A stretch of 64,000 bases of DNA, taken from contig JAFTKN010000010.1 in the NCBI GenBank assembly GCA_017453255.1, positions 88,458-152,457 on the forward strand. The letters run 5' to 3'. The DNA is from Clostridia bacterium (lineage in GTDB: Bacteria; Bacillota; Clostridia; Oscillospirales; CAG-272). The stretch's first letter is position 1. Every line of letters starts with the position of its first letter. Of this stretch, positions 55,129 to 62,644 are shown one piece after another. The notes under the pieces are model-generated. The model worked only from the letters and a program-made list of their open reading frames with translations. It did not search any database and was not told the origin of the DNA. Position numbers and translations under genes: made by a program.

Positions 55129-56606
55129 GAAAAGCTGGGATATTATTGCCGATTAGTGCTTTAAAAGATAAATACGGAATAGGAGGCTTTTCATCGGATG
55201 CATATGAATTTGTTGATTGGCTAAGCGAAGCAGGGCAGTCTTATTGGCAAATATTACCTTTAGGACCAACAAGCTTTGGAGATTCACCATATCAATCCTT
55301 TTCATCCTTTGCTGGTAATCCTTATTATATTTCTTTAGATGATTTGGTATTTGAGGGATTGTTAAAAAAGGAAGAAATAGCAGAAAAACAAGGTACAGAA
55401 AGAGCAGTAGATTATAAATGGTTATTTGACACAAGAATAAAAATATTAAAAAAAGCATTTAGCAGATTTGATATAAAAAACGAGGAATATTTTAGTTTTG
55501 TAACGGAAAATATAAAATGGCTTGAAAATTATGCGTTGTTTATGGCATTGAAAAGTCACTATGGTGGTTTACCATGGTATGAATGGGATTTTGATATAAA
55601 AATGTATCAAGAAAAGGAAATTGAAAAGCTACTTCCTAAAATTCAAGGAGAAATAGATTTTTGGAAGTTCGTACAATATAAGTTTTATAGTCAATGGTAT
55701 AAACTAAAGGAATATGCAAACAGTAAAGGAATAAAAATTATCGGTGATATTCCTATATATGTGTCATATGATAGTGTGGATGTTTGGTCAGAGCCTGCAC
55801 TTTTTGAGCTTGAGTCCGATAAAACACCTATAAATGTTGCGGGATGCCCTCCAGATGGCTTTTCAAAGCAAGGACAATTATGGGGAAATCCATTATATAA
55901 GTGGGATGTGCATTTAGAAAGTGGATTTTTATGGTGGATAGAAAGATTAAATCATTGTTTTAAAATGTATGATACGGTAAGAATCGATCATTTTAGAGGT
56001 TTTGATGAATATTATTCAATTTCTTATGGAAGCAAGGATGCGACAAATGGAAAATGGGAAAAAGCACCAGGCAGAGAATTATTTAAAAAGGTTAGAGAAA
56101 AACTCGGAAAAAAAGAAATAATAGCAGAGGATTTAGGCTTTGTGACTGATACAGTTAAGGAGCTTTTAGATTATTGTGAATTCCCAGGAATGAAGGTCTT
56201 TCAATTTGGATTTGATGAGAGAGATATGGGTAGTAAAAACGATTATTTGCCACATAATTATCAGGAATGCTCTGTAGCATATACTGGCACACATGATAAT
56301 CCTACAATAGTTTCTTGGTTTTTTGAAATAAATAAAAATGAAAGAGCAATGGTGCGAAATTATCTATGTGACTACCATACACCAGACAGTGAAATAAATT
56401 TTCCAATTATTGGTGCGATAATGAGAAGCAGATCTAATCTTGTTATAATTCCATTACAGGATTATTTGGGATATGATAGTAGATCAAGGATAAATAAGCC
56501 ATCAACAATAGGGTCAAATTGGACTTGGAGAACAACAGAAAACGATTTTAGTAAGGAATTACAAACAAAAATTAGGATAATAACAAAAATGACTGGAAGA
56601 ATCTAG
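55125..56606 (+). CDS. malQ: 4-alpha-glucanotransferase (amylomaltase, GH77)
   Basis: GILLPISAL..GIG.F, WQILPLGPT, SPYQS, IGDIPIYV, RIDHFRGF, EDLG, YTGTHDN motifs. Overlaps mapP by 4 nt. Confidence 0.95.
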   Translation: MRKAGILLPISALKDKYGIGGFSSDAYEFVDWLSEAGQSYWQILPLGPTSFGDSPYQSFSSFAGNPYYISLDDLVFEGLLKKEEIAEKQGTERAVDYKWLFDTRIKILKKAFSRFDIKNEEYFSFVTENIKWLENYALFMALKSHYGGLPWYEWDFDIKMYQEKEIEKLLPKIQGEIDFWKFVQYKFYSQWYKLKEYANSKGIKIIGDIPIYVSYDSVDVWSEPALFELESDKTPINVAGCPPDGFSKQGQLWGNPLYKWDVHLESGFLWWIERLNHCFKMYDTVRIDHFRGFDEYYSISYGSKDATNGKWEKAPGRELFKKVREKLGKKEIIAEDLGFVTDTVKELLDYCEFPGMKVFQFGFDERDMGSKNDYLPHNYQECSVAYTGTHDNPTIVSWFFEINKNERAMVRNYLCDYHTPDSEINFPIIGAIMRSRSNLVIIPLQDYLGYDSRSRINKPSTIGSNWTWRTTENDFSKELQTKIRIITKMTGRI

Positions 56607-56626
56607 TGTTAAGATAGAGAAAATAT

Positions 56627-56655
56627 GAGGGAGCAAGAAAACTGCTCCCTTTTCT
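56627..56655 (+). terminator. intrinsic terminator after malQ
   Basis: GAGGGAGCA-agaaaac-TGCTCCCTTTT. Confidence 0.8.
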
Positions 56656-56656
56656 A

Positions 56657-56685
56657 TTGACTAAATTACTTGAAAGGGATATAAT
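56657..56685 (+). promoter_or_regulatory. sigma-A-type promoter of the small basic/acidic gene pair
   Basis: TTGACT (56657-62), 17 nt, TATAAT (56680-85), immediately after the malQ terminator. Confidence 0.6.
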
Positions 56686-57121
56686 AAAAGTGGCAAAGGG
56701 AAATTTCTTTGTAAGGCTTTGCTATGCAGTAGTAGGCAAGACAAAAGATGCCTCTAAAATGACAACAAAAGAGGTTATAGAGGAATTTTTAAGGCAAAAG
56801 GGTGTATCAAGTCCGAGAGAGTATTTTAGAAAGAAATTTAGGAAAAAAGTTAGCATTGGACTGAATTTCTTTTCGGAAAAAGCATTAGAAACTCAGTCCA
56901 TATCAGAACTTCGTAGAGGTATAAAAAAACTCAACAAAAGAATAGTTGAGCACGAAGAAAAAATTAAGAATTATAAAAAGCTATATCCACAATGGGATAC
57001 GTTTTCAAAAACACACCAACAAGGTATTATTGAACATTGGATAAAAGAGATAAATACATTTAAGAACGAAATAGCAAATAGAAACGCTGAGATAAATAAA
57101 AGAGGAAACAATGAAACTTGA
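56657..57121 (+). CDS. hypothetical small, strongly basic protein (start uncertain)
   Basis: Open frame 56657-57121. The TTG at 56657 is the -35 box of a consensus promoter (56657-56685), so initiation is more likely at GTG 56690 or ATG 56759. Lys/Arg-rich helical sequence. No family recognised. Confidence 0.5.
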   Translation: MTKLLERDIIKVAKGNFFVRLCYAVVGKTKDASKMTTKEVIEEFLRQKGVSSPREYFRKKFRKKVSIGLNFFSEKALETQSISELRRGIKKLNKRIVEHEEKIKNYKKLYPQWDTFSKTHQQGIIEHWIKEINTFKNEIANRNAEINKRGNNET

Positions 57122-57413
57122 AATAGACGAATGTATAGCTTTTCTTGAAGAAGTTAAGCAAACCAAAGACACGACCATAAGCGACGCATATGAGGATGGC
57201 GTTTCCTGCGCGTGGTTTTGCATAAATGATAGCATAAACTTAAGAATTGAACTTCTAAAAGAGGGTGTTTTCTCTCCAGTGGAATGCATAACCAGTCTAA
57301 TCGCTGTGTTAGAAAGCGACTGTAGGGATAAAGATAACACCGATTTTGGAAAAGGTTTCAAAAATGTGGGAAATCTTGTTATAGAGAAGTTAAAAGCGAA
57401 ATTATATGAATAA
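57111..57413 (+). CDS. hypothetical small acidic protein
   Basis: 100-aa ORF overlapping the previous gene by 11 nt. Asp/Glu- and Cys-rich. Followed by an intrinsic terminator. No family recognised. Confidence 0.5.
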   Translation: MKLEIDECIAFLEEVKQTKDTTISDAYEDGVSCAWFCINDSINLRIELLKEGVFSPVECITSLIAVLESDCRDKDNTDFGKGFKNVGNLVIEKLKAKLYE

Positions 57414-57420
57414 CATTTAC

Positions 57421-57448
57421 AAGGACACCTAACCCGTGTCCTTTTCTT
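57421..57448 (+). terminator. intrinsic terminator after the small gene pair
   Basis: AAGGACAC-ctaaccc-GTGTCCTTTTCTT. Confidence 0.75.
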
Positions 57449-57450
57449 AT

Positions 57451-57519
57451 GCTAACAAGAGGTCTTTGCATAGGTTAACCCACCTAAGTAAGTATGTTCA
57501 ATTCATACTGTTAGCACCA
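57451..57519 (+). ncRNA. tRNA-like element (acceptor stem, T arm, encoded CCA; D arm missing) - not a canonical tRNA gene
   Basis: GCTAACA-AG-AGGTCTTTGCA-TAGGT-TAACCC-ACCTA-AGTAA-GTATG-TTCAATT-CATAC-TGTTAGC-A-CCA. 7-bp acceptor, 5-bp T stem with G53:C61, and a T loop matching TTCRA. Only 11 nt lie where the D arm should be, and the anticodon loop has 6 nt. Confidence 0.55.
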
Positions 57520-57628
57520 AGAGTTGACTACTCATTTCTTTACCTTCCTAAAAAACCGATGTAGTGGAGTTTTACATCGTCAAAGGTGGTTTTATAAGGA
57601 ATATTTACATAAAACTATATTAATCTCA

Positions 57629-57663
57629 CAACTTTGAGAGCGAGTAGCTCTCAGTTGTTTCTT
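57629..57663 (+). terminator. intrinsic terminator closing the non-coding island
   Basis: CAACT(tt)GAGAGC-gagta-GCTCTCAGTTG followed by TTTCTT. 11 bp with a 2-nt bulge. Confidence 0.65.
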
Positions 57664-57673
57664 AGAAATTCGC

Positions 57674-57702
57674 TTGAATAAGTAATGCTTAAATGTTATA
57701 AT
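57674..57702 (+). promoter_or_regulatory. sigma-A-type promoter of the family-6 UDG gene
   Basis: TTGAAT (57674-79), 17 nt, TGt-TATAAT (57697-57702). Confidence 0.6.
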
Positions 57703-57743
57703 ATAATAAAGTAATTATTTGAAAATTATAAATTGAGGTAAAA

Positions 57744-58223
57744 ATGGTAATAGAACATCCAATTGAGCCATTATATGATGAAAATTCAAAAATATTAATA
57801 CTCGGTAGTTTTCCGTCTGTAAAATCCAGAGAAAGCAAATTTTTTTATGGTCACTCACAAAACAGATTTTGGAAGGTTATATCACGAATATTCAATGAAA
57901 AAGAACCAAAATCAGTTGAAGAAAAAAAGAGCTTTCTTAAAAGAAATAATATAGCTGTCTGGGACGTAATCGCATCATGCGAAATAACTGGAAGTAGCGA
58001 CAGTTCCATTAAAAATGTTATAGCAAATGATTTGTCTGTAATTTTAAATGTTGCAAATATTGAAAGGATTTTTGTAAATGGAAAAACTGCAGAAAAGTAT
58101 TATAATAAATACATAAAGGATAAAATAAAAAGAGAAGCCATATGTCTTCCTTCAACCTCCCCAGCCAATGCTATGTGGTCGTTTGAAAGATTACTTAATG
58201 AATGGAAAAACAAATTAAAATAA
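57744..58223 (+). CDS. family-6 uracil-DNA-glycosylase superfamily protein (DNA-deoxyinosine / hypoxanthine-DNA glycosylase type)
   Basis: 159 aa. ILILGSFPSVKSRESKFFYGHSQNRFW and LPSTSPAN motifs are typical of the hypoxanthine-DNA glycosylase branch. Confidence 0.75.
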   Translation: MVIEHPIEPLYDENSKILILGSFPSVKSRESKFFYGHSQNRFWKVISRIFNEKEPKSVEEKKSFLKRNNIAVWDVIASCEITGSSDSSIKNVIANDLSVILNVANIERIFVNGKTAEKYYNKYIKDKIKREAICLPSTSPANAMWSFERLLNEWKNKLK

Positions 58224-58251
58224 AAACTCTCACACAAGGTGAGAGTTTTTT
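58222..58251. terminator. bidirectional terminator between the UDG gene and the ARH gene
   Basis: AAAAACTCTCAC-acaag-GTGAGAGTTTTTT. Confidence 0.85.
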
Positions 58252-58252
58252 A

Positions 58253-59632
58253 TTAACAATGATAGTTAATTCGTTTCAGATGATTGATTCGTTTAATAAT
58301 TTCGCTAATTTTAACTTCGCCAACAGCGGCAACAGTACTCTTGATTGTATCATTTAATGGTTCATACCAACGAGATGGAACGTTTTTTAGACCTACAGCA
58401 GCACCTACAATGCTTCCAACTGTTCCTGCGTTACAGTCTGTATCAATTCCACACATGGTAGCAATACATATACTTTTAGTATAGTCAAGCTCGCCAGCAA
58501 CAATACCTAATGCTACAATTGACATATTATTTAGTGTTGCTGCAAAGGGAAGATGTCCATATTTTTCGTATATTTTATCACAAACCTTTTCCCAATCACC
58601 AAATTCTTTCCACCAATTGCAAACGCTTGTAATTGCCTCGTGAAGTCGAGATTTTTTAGGAATTGATGCAAGGCCAGCTGAAATAATTTTATCAACACTT
58701 GTATTTTTAGACAATGCAGCAGATAATGCACCTGCGACAAACATGCCACCATAAATACCATTTTTAGTTAAGCTAAATGAGCAATCCGTGAAAGAATCAC
58801 GGCAAGCATTATACAAATCTGCTGGGTGGATGTAGCCCCATAGGTCAGTACGAATTTGTCCGTCAATACATTCTCTCCATGGGTTTAATTTATAGGGTAT
58901 TTCGTCTATTTGTTTGTCAGTATCGTATCTTTCATCAAGATTAACCATATTATAATATGCTTGCCTAGAAGCACACCAACACCAATGATAAGAAATATTA
59001 TTAAGCCAGTTCCAGCCTATATCTGCCTTTTTAAAACCAGCAGGATGTGTTTCAGCAAGAACCAAATCTAAAAGAGTATAATTAATATCGTCGTCACTTT
59101 GAGCAAACTTTACATTGCCTTTAGTAGAGTAGATGCAGTCTCCTCTCAATCTTTTATCAAGCTTTTCTGAGTAAGGAGAAACAAAATCATTTAGTGGATA
59201 CTCGTTAACGCTTTCAAGGTACTCCTTAATATCTGTTTTAGTCATTCCCATTTCAAGTGGTTTACCAAGTATAACAGCAGCACATCTGCCATAGAAAGCA
59301 CCACTTAGCCTATCCATATATTCTTCATCTGATAGAGGGGTAAGTACTGGAGCATGGTCAGCCTCTTTCATAATTCCTTCAAAATCGTTTGGTTCAACAT
59401 AGGGATAACCATCAACAAGAGGTGTATTACGAACCTTGATTAAATTTTCATAAGCTTTTTTCCAAAAGTCACGGTCGTCCGTATCATTGTAGGAGTCACA
59501 TTCACCAGGAAATGGCAAAAAGCCCTCAGTATCTGGACTTGGTTGAATGAATTTTTCAACATCATATCCTTCGTCTTTAAGACAATTATACTCTTCCTTA
59601 TATAAGGTTTTATAATTTGCATATCCAGGCAT
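58253..59632 (-). CDS. ADP-ribosylglycohydrolase (ARH/DraG) family protein with approximately 100-aa N-terminal extension
   Basis: 459 aa. ARH metal-site motifs SDDDINYTLL and CGIDTDCNAGTVGSIVGAAVG. Substrate cannot be inferred. Confidence 0.75.
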   Translation of the reverse strand: MPGYANYKTLYKEEYNCLKDEGYDVEKFIQPSPDTEGFLPFPGECDSYNDTDDRDFWKKAYENLIKVRNTPLVDGYPYVEPNDFEGIMKEADHAPVLTPLSDEEYMDRLSGAFYGRCAAVILGKPLEMGMTKTDIKEYLESVNEYPLNDFVSPYSEKLDKRLRGDCIYSTKGNVKFAQSDDDINYTLLDLVLAETHPAGFKKADIGWNWLNNISYHWCWCASRQAYYNMVNLDERYDTDKQIDEIPYKLNPWRECIDGQIRTDLWGYIHPADLYNACRDSFTDCSFSLTKNGIYGGMFVAGALSAALSKNTSVDKIISAGLASIPKKSRLHEAITSVCNWWKEFGDWEKVCDKIYEKYGHLPFAATLNNMSIVALGIVAGELDYTKSICIATMCGIDTDCNAGTVGSIVGAAVGLKNVPSRWYEPLNDTIKSTVAAVGEVKISEIIKRINHLKRINYHC

Positions 59633-59638
59633 ATTTTT

Positions 59639-60658
59639 TTACCTCATTTCTATTAAATACATAAATTGTTCCGAAGCGTGCCATGAATGGGGGGCGCTAA
59701 AATTGTTTTTTGCATATTCCGTTGAAAGTGGAGCAATGTTTTCATAAACAGCTTGACTTGCAAGTCTTTCCCAGCTCATTGGGTAAATATCTGTGTTGAT
59801 AAGAGAATCATCAATTGGCTCGTTTTCGAAGTGCTTAACAGCCCACCAAAGATATGGATAATTTTCGTCATAATTATTTTCAAAATAAGTATCTCTTTCA
59901 ATTTCTGTCCTATTCATCCAAAACATACGAGCATAGCTATCAAATGTCAGCGGAATATTTATAAAGCTTGTATCAACACCAAGCTTATCAAGACCATATT
60001 TTAACCAAAGAGTGGAGTATATTTCGTGATGATTAAAATCTGTTATTCCAGTTAATACACCATTTTTCATTATTCTTTTTGCTTCCTTAACAATTTCGGT
60101 TACCAATGGATAGCTTTTATCAACAAAAAAAGAAAGAATAAAAGCGAGTTGACCTAAATTATCTGGCTCACAGTGACCTGCGTTATTCATATCGTAAAGA
60201 GAAGTAATAGAAAGTGCCCAATTTTTTAACAAGTCAATATTTCCAGTTTCGTTAAGAACAAATGCCATCATAGCGCCATCTCTATACCACGCTTTGTCAT
60301 AAACATATATATTTGGAACAGGTATTGTACCATTAAAACTTATGAGAACCTCGTGATGCAGAATTCGTAATGCCTTTGAGTATTTATATTCTTTGAAATC
60401 TGGTAAATGTATATATGATTTTTCTATGCACAAATCGTCAATAAATAACCCTATTTCATTTTCGTAAATAGTTATGCTTTTTCCATCACTTAAATGCAAA
60501 ATTACTGTATATTGATGATATATAAATTCCTCTGAATCAACATTCCAAGAAAATTCAATTTTGTTTGTTTTTATATTAGTTAAATTACCATTTTTATAGA
60601 CGTATTTTTGCCTATGTCCCATACCAAATAGGAAAAAGTTATTTTCTGGCTTGATCAT
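59639..60658 (-). CDS. hypothetical protein, possibly (alpha/alpha)-barrel glycosidase-like
   Basis: 339 aa. Its stop lies 6 nt before the ARH start (same operon). KAWYRDGAMMAF resembles the W-x-R-D-[SG]-A motif of GH15/GH125-type barrels, and the C-terminal half is Trp/Tyr-rich. This is a weak inference only. Confidence 0.45.
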   Translation of the reverse strand: MIKPENNFFLFGMGHRQKYVYKNGNLTNIKTNKIEFSWNVDSEEFIYHQYTVILHLSDGKSITIYENEIGLFIDDLCIEKSYIHLPDFKEYKYSKALRILHHEVLISFNGTIPVPNIYVYDKAWYRDGAMMAFVLNETGNIDLLKNWALSITSLYDMNNAGHCEPDNLGQLAFILSFFVDKSYPLVTEIVKEAKRIMKNGVLTGITDFNHHEIYSTLWLKYGLDKLGVDTSFINIPLTFDSYARMFWMNRTEIERDTYFENNYDENYPYLWWAVKHFENEPIDDSLINTDIYPMSWERLASQAVYENIAPLSTEYAKNNFSAPHSWHASEQFMYLIEMR

Positions 60659-60812
60659 GTATTATCTCCACACGTTTTTTATTATTTTATCATAGTGAAA
60701 AAATAAAGTCAATAAATTTGGCTATTTTAAAAAGTTTTTCCAACGCTTTTGAATTTTGATATGTCTAATAAGATGAAATGGTTAAACCAATTTCAGAAAG
60801 AAGGTAATAAAT

Positions 60813-62069
60813 ATGAAAAAAATGAGTTTATTAGTAGTTGCATTATCACTAATATTGTGTTTAGTGATTCCTTTCGCTTCTTGCGGAAACAAAGAAACTG
60901 TTGAAGGATATTCATATGTTACAATTGATGTAAACCCTTCTGTCGAGTTAGTTGTTGACGGAGAAACAGTTGTAAGCGTAAATGCAGGGAATGATGATGC
61001 ATTGGTGCTATTAGCAGGTGAAACAATTGAGGGTATGAAAGTTGAAGAGGCAACCGAAAAAATCGTATCCTTGTGTGAAGAATTGGGATATTTAACAGAT
61101 GAAAATAATAATGTAAAATTAACTGTAACAGCAGATAACAATGAAATAATAGAAAAAATTGAAGAATTTGCTGAAAAGGGTGCAAAAAAAGGTAGTTTAA
61201 AAGCAGTAATTAATAAAATTCCAAGAAATGCTGATCAAAGAAAGGTTAATGAATTAAAGGAAGAAAACGCAGAGATATATAAAAAATTAACAGCAGAAAA
61301 GCTTCGCTTAATTGAATCGATTATGAAATTGAGTGAAGAAATGACATATGAAAAAGGTGCTGAAATGAATGTTTCAGAGCTTTTGGATATGCTTAAGGAA
61401 CTTACTATTGATAAAAAGCATGCAATCAGCGATGAAGTAAGAGAGCAAATGGAAACGCGTCTCAATGAATTAAAGCAAGAGGCAAAAAAACGTGTGGCTG
61501 AGATATATGGTGATGAATATCTCGAAAAATGGAATGTTCAAACTGAGATAGAAAGTTATTACAAGGAAATTGAGAAAAAGATAGAAAACATAGAATTATC
61601 CGAAGAGGACATAGATACAATCCTTAATATTTTAAAGTTAGAAAGCGTTGATGATTTGCTTGACAACGGAGAGGTGACTGTGGAATCTGTTGAAAGATAT
61701 ATCGATAAGCATTTGATAGAAGACGAGTATAAAACTATTGTTGAGGAAATTAATTTAATTTTGGAAAAATATGATCAGGATGAGTATATTTTATCTGAGG
61801 AAGAAATTAATAAAATCAAAGAAATAATGGGTGATGTTAAATTAGAAAAATTTGAGGATCTTGAAATTCTAATTAAGGATCATGAAAAAGAAGTTGATTC
61901 AATAAAAAATCAAATTCAAATATCAGAACTTGAAAAGGGAATAATCGATGTAATCGAAAGTGGTTACAAGGATATGAAGGAGCAGGTTCAAGACGAGTTT
62001 GAAAAAATAATCGAGGAAGCAAACGAAGAATTTGATCGTATAAAAGAGAATCGAAAAGGTCGCAAATAA
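60813..62069 (+). CDS. lipoprotein with RsgI-like Asn-Pro juxtamembrane (SEA-like) domain and Glu/Lys-rich helical tail; paralogue of the downstream anti-sigma ectodomain
   Basis: Signal peptide with lipobox PFASC. GYSYVTIDVNPSVELVVDGETVVSVNAGNDDALVLL..ATEKIVSLCEELGYL aligns with residues after the TM helix of the 62644-63921 product. The remainder is acidic coiled-coil-like. Confidence 0.7.
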   Translation: MKKMSLLVVALSLILCLVIPFASCGNKETVEGYSYVTIDVNPSVELVVDGETVVSVNAGNDDALVLLAGETIEGMKVEEATEKIVSLCEELGYLTDENNNVKLTVTADNNEIIEKIEEFAEKGAKKGSLKAVINKIPRNADQRKVNELKEENAEIYKKLTAEKLRLIESIMKLSEEMTYEKGAEMNVSELLDMLKELTIDKKHAISDEVREQMETRLNELKQEAKKRVAEIYGDEYLEKWNVQTEIESYYKEIEKKIENIELSEEDIDTILNILKLESVDDLLDNGEVTVESVERYIDKHLIEDEYKTIVEEINLILEKYDQDEYILSEEEINKIKEIMGDVKLEKFEDLEILIKDHEKEVDSIKNQIQISELEKGIIDVIESGYKDMKEQVQDEFEKIIEEANEEFDRIKENRKGRK

Positions 62070-62072
62070 TTA

Positions 62073-62101
62073 TTGATTATCCAAACAAACCATGTTAAAA
62101 T
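62073..62101 (+). promoter_or_regulatory. sigma-A-type promoter of the ECF sigma / anti-sigma pair
   Basis: TTGATT (62073-78), 17 nt, TGt-TAAAAT (62096-62101). Confidence 0.5.
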
Positions 62102-62131
62102 ATAAAACATGACATAAAAAGGGGGAGAACA

Positions 62132-62644
62132 ATGAGCTTTGACAACTTGGCTGAACGCATCGCAAACAAGGACGAGCGTGCCTTTGAAGAGTTATATAAA
62201 AAGATAAATAAGGCTGTTTTTTCTGTTTGCTTTGGTGTAATTAAAAATGAAGCTGTAGCCATTGAGCTCTCCCAAGATACGTTTATTGCTGTTTGGAATA
62301 ATGTAAATTCTTTTAGAGGAACAGGATTTAAAACATGGATATTAACGATAGCAAAAAACAAATCAATTAATTACCTAAATAAAAGAAAAAAAGAAGTAAT
62401 AACCGATTTTTCTGAAGATGAGTATTATGTCTCTAATAGTGATTATAATATTGAAGATAGTGTGATTTTAAAATGTGCTATTGAGAAATTAAATGAAATT
62501 GATAGAGAAATTGTATTGCTGAAAAATAGTGGAATGAAAATGAAAGAAATAGCTGAATATTTAAAAATTCCAAGAGGAACGATTTCTTGGAGATATTCAG
62601 AGGCATTAAAAATTCTTAAAAAGGAAATTGAGGTGGTGCGGTGA
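62132..62644 (+). CDS. ECF-type RNA polymerase sigma-70 family factor
   Basis: 170 aa. Region 2 (ELSQDTFIAVWNN..F.G...FKTWILTIAKNKSINYL) and region 4 HTH (MKMKEIAEYLKIPRGTISWRYSEALKILK). Confidence 0.85.
   Translation: MSFDNLAERIANKDERAFEELYKKINKAVFSVCFGVIKNEAVAIELSQDTFIAVWNNVNSFRGTGFKTWILTIAKNKSINYLNKRKKEVITDFSEDEYYVSNSDYNIEDSVILKCAIEKLNEIDREIVLLKNSGMKMKEIAEYLKIPRGTISWRYSEALKILKKEIEVVR

Noticed and set aside
57451-57519. Calling the tRNA-like element a functional tRNA gene
   Set aside because: It has no D stem or G18G19, A rather than U at position 8, and a 6-nt anticodon loop, so no anticodon can be assigned. It is kept only as a tRNA-like ncRNA candidate.
57503-57535. 10-codon minus-strand micro-ORF (MSSQLLVLTV) with a good SD (AGGAAGG 7 nt upstream), antisense to the tRNA-like element
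   Set aside because: It is too short to support from sequence alone. It lies immediately downstream of a minus-strand terminator, so it would probably not be transcribed.
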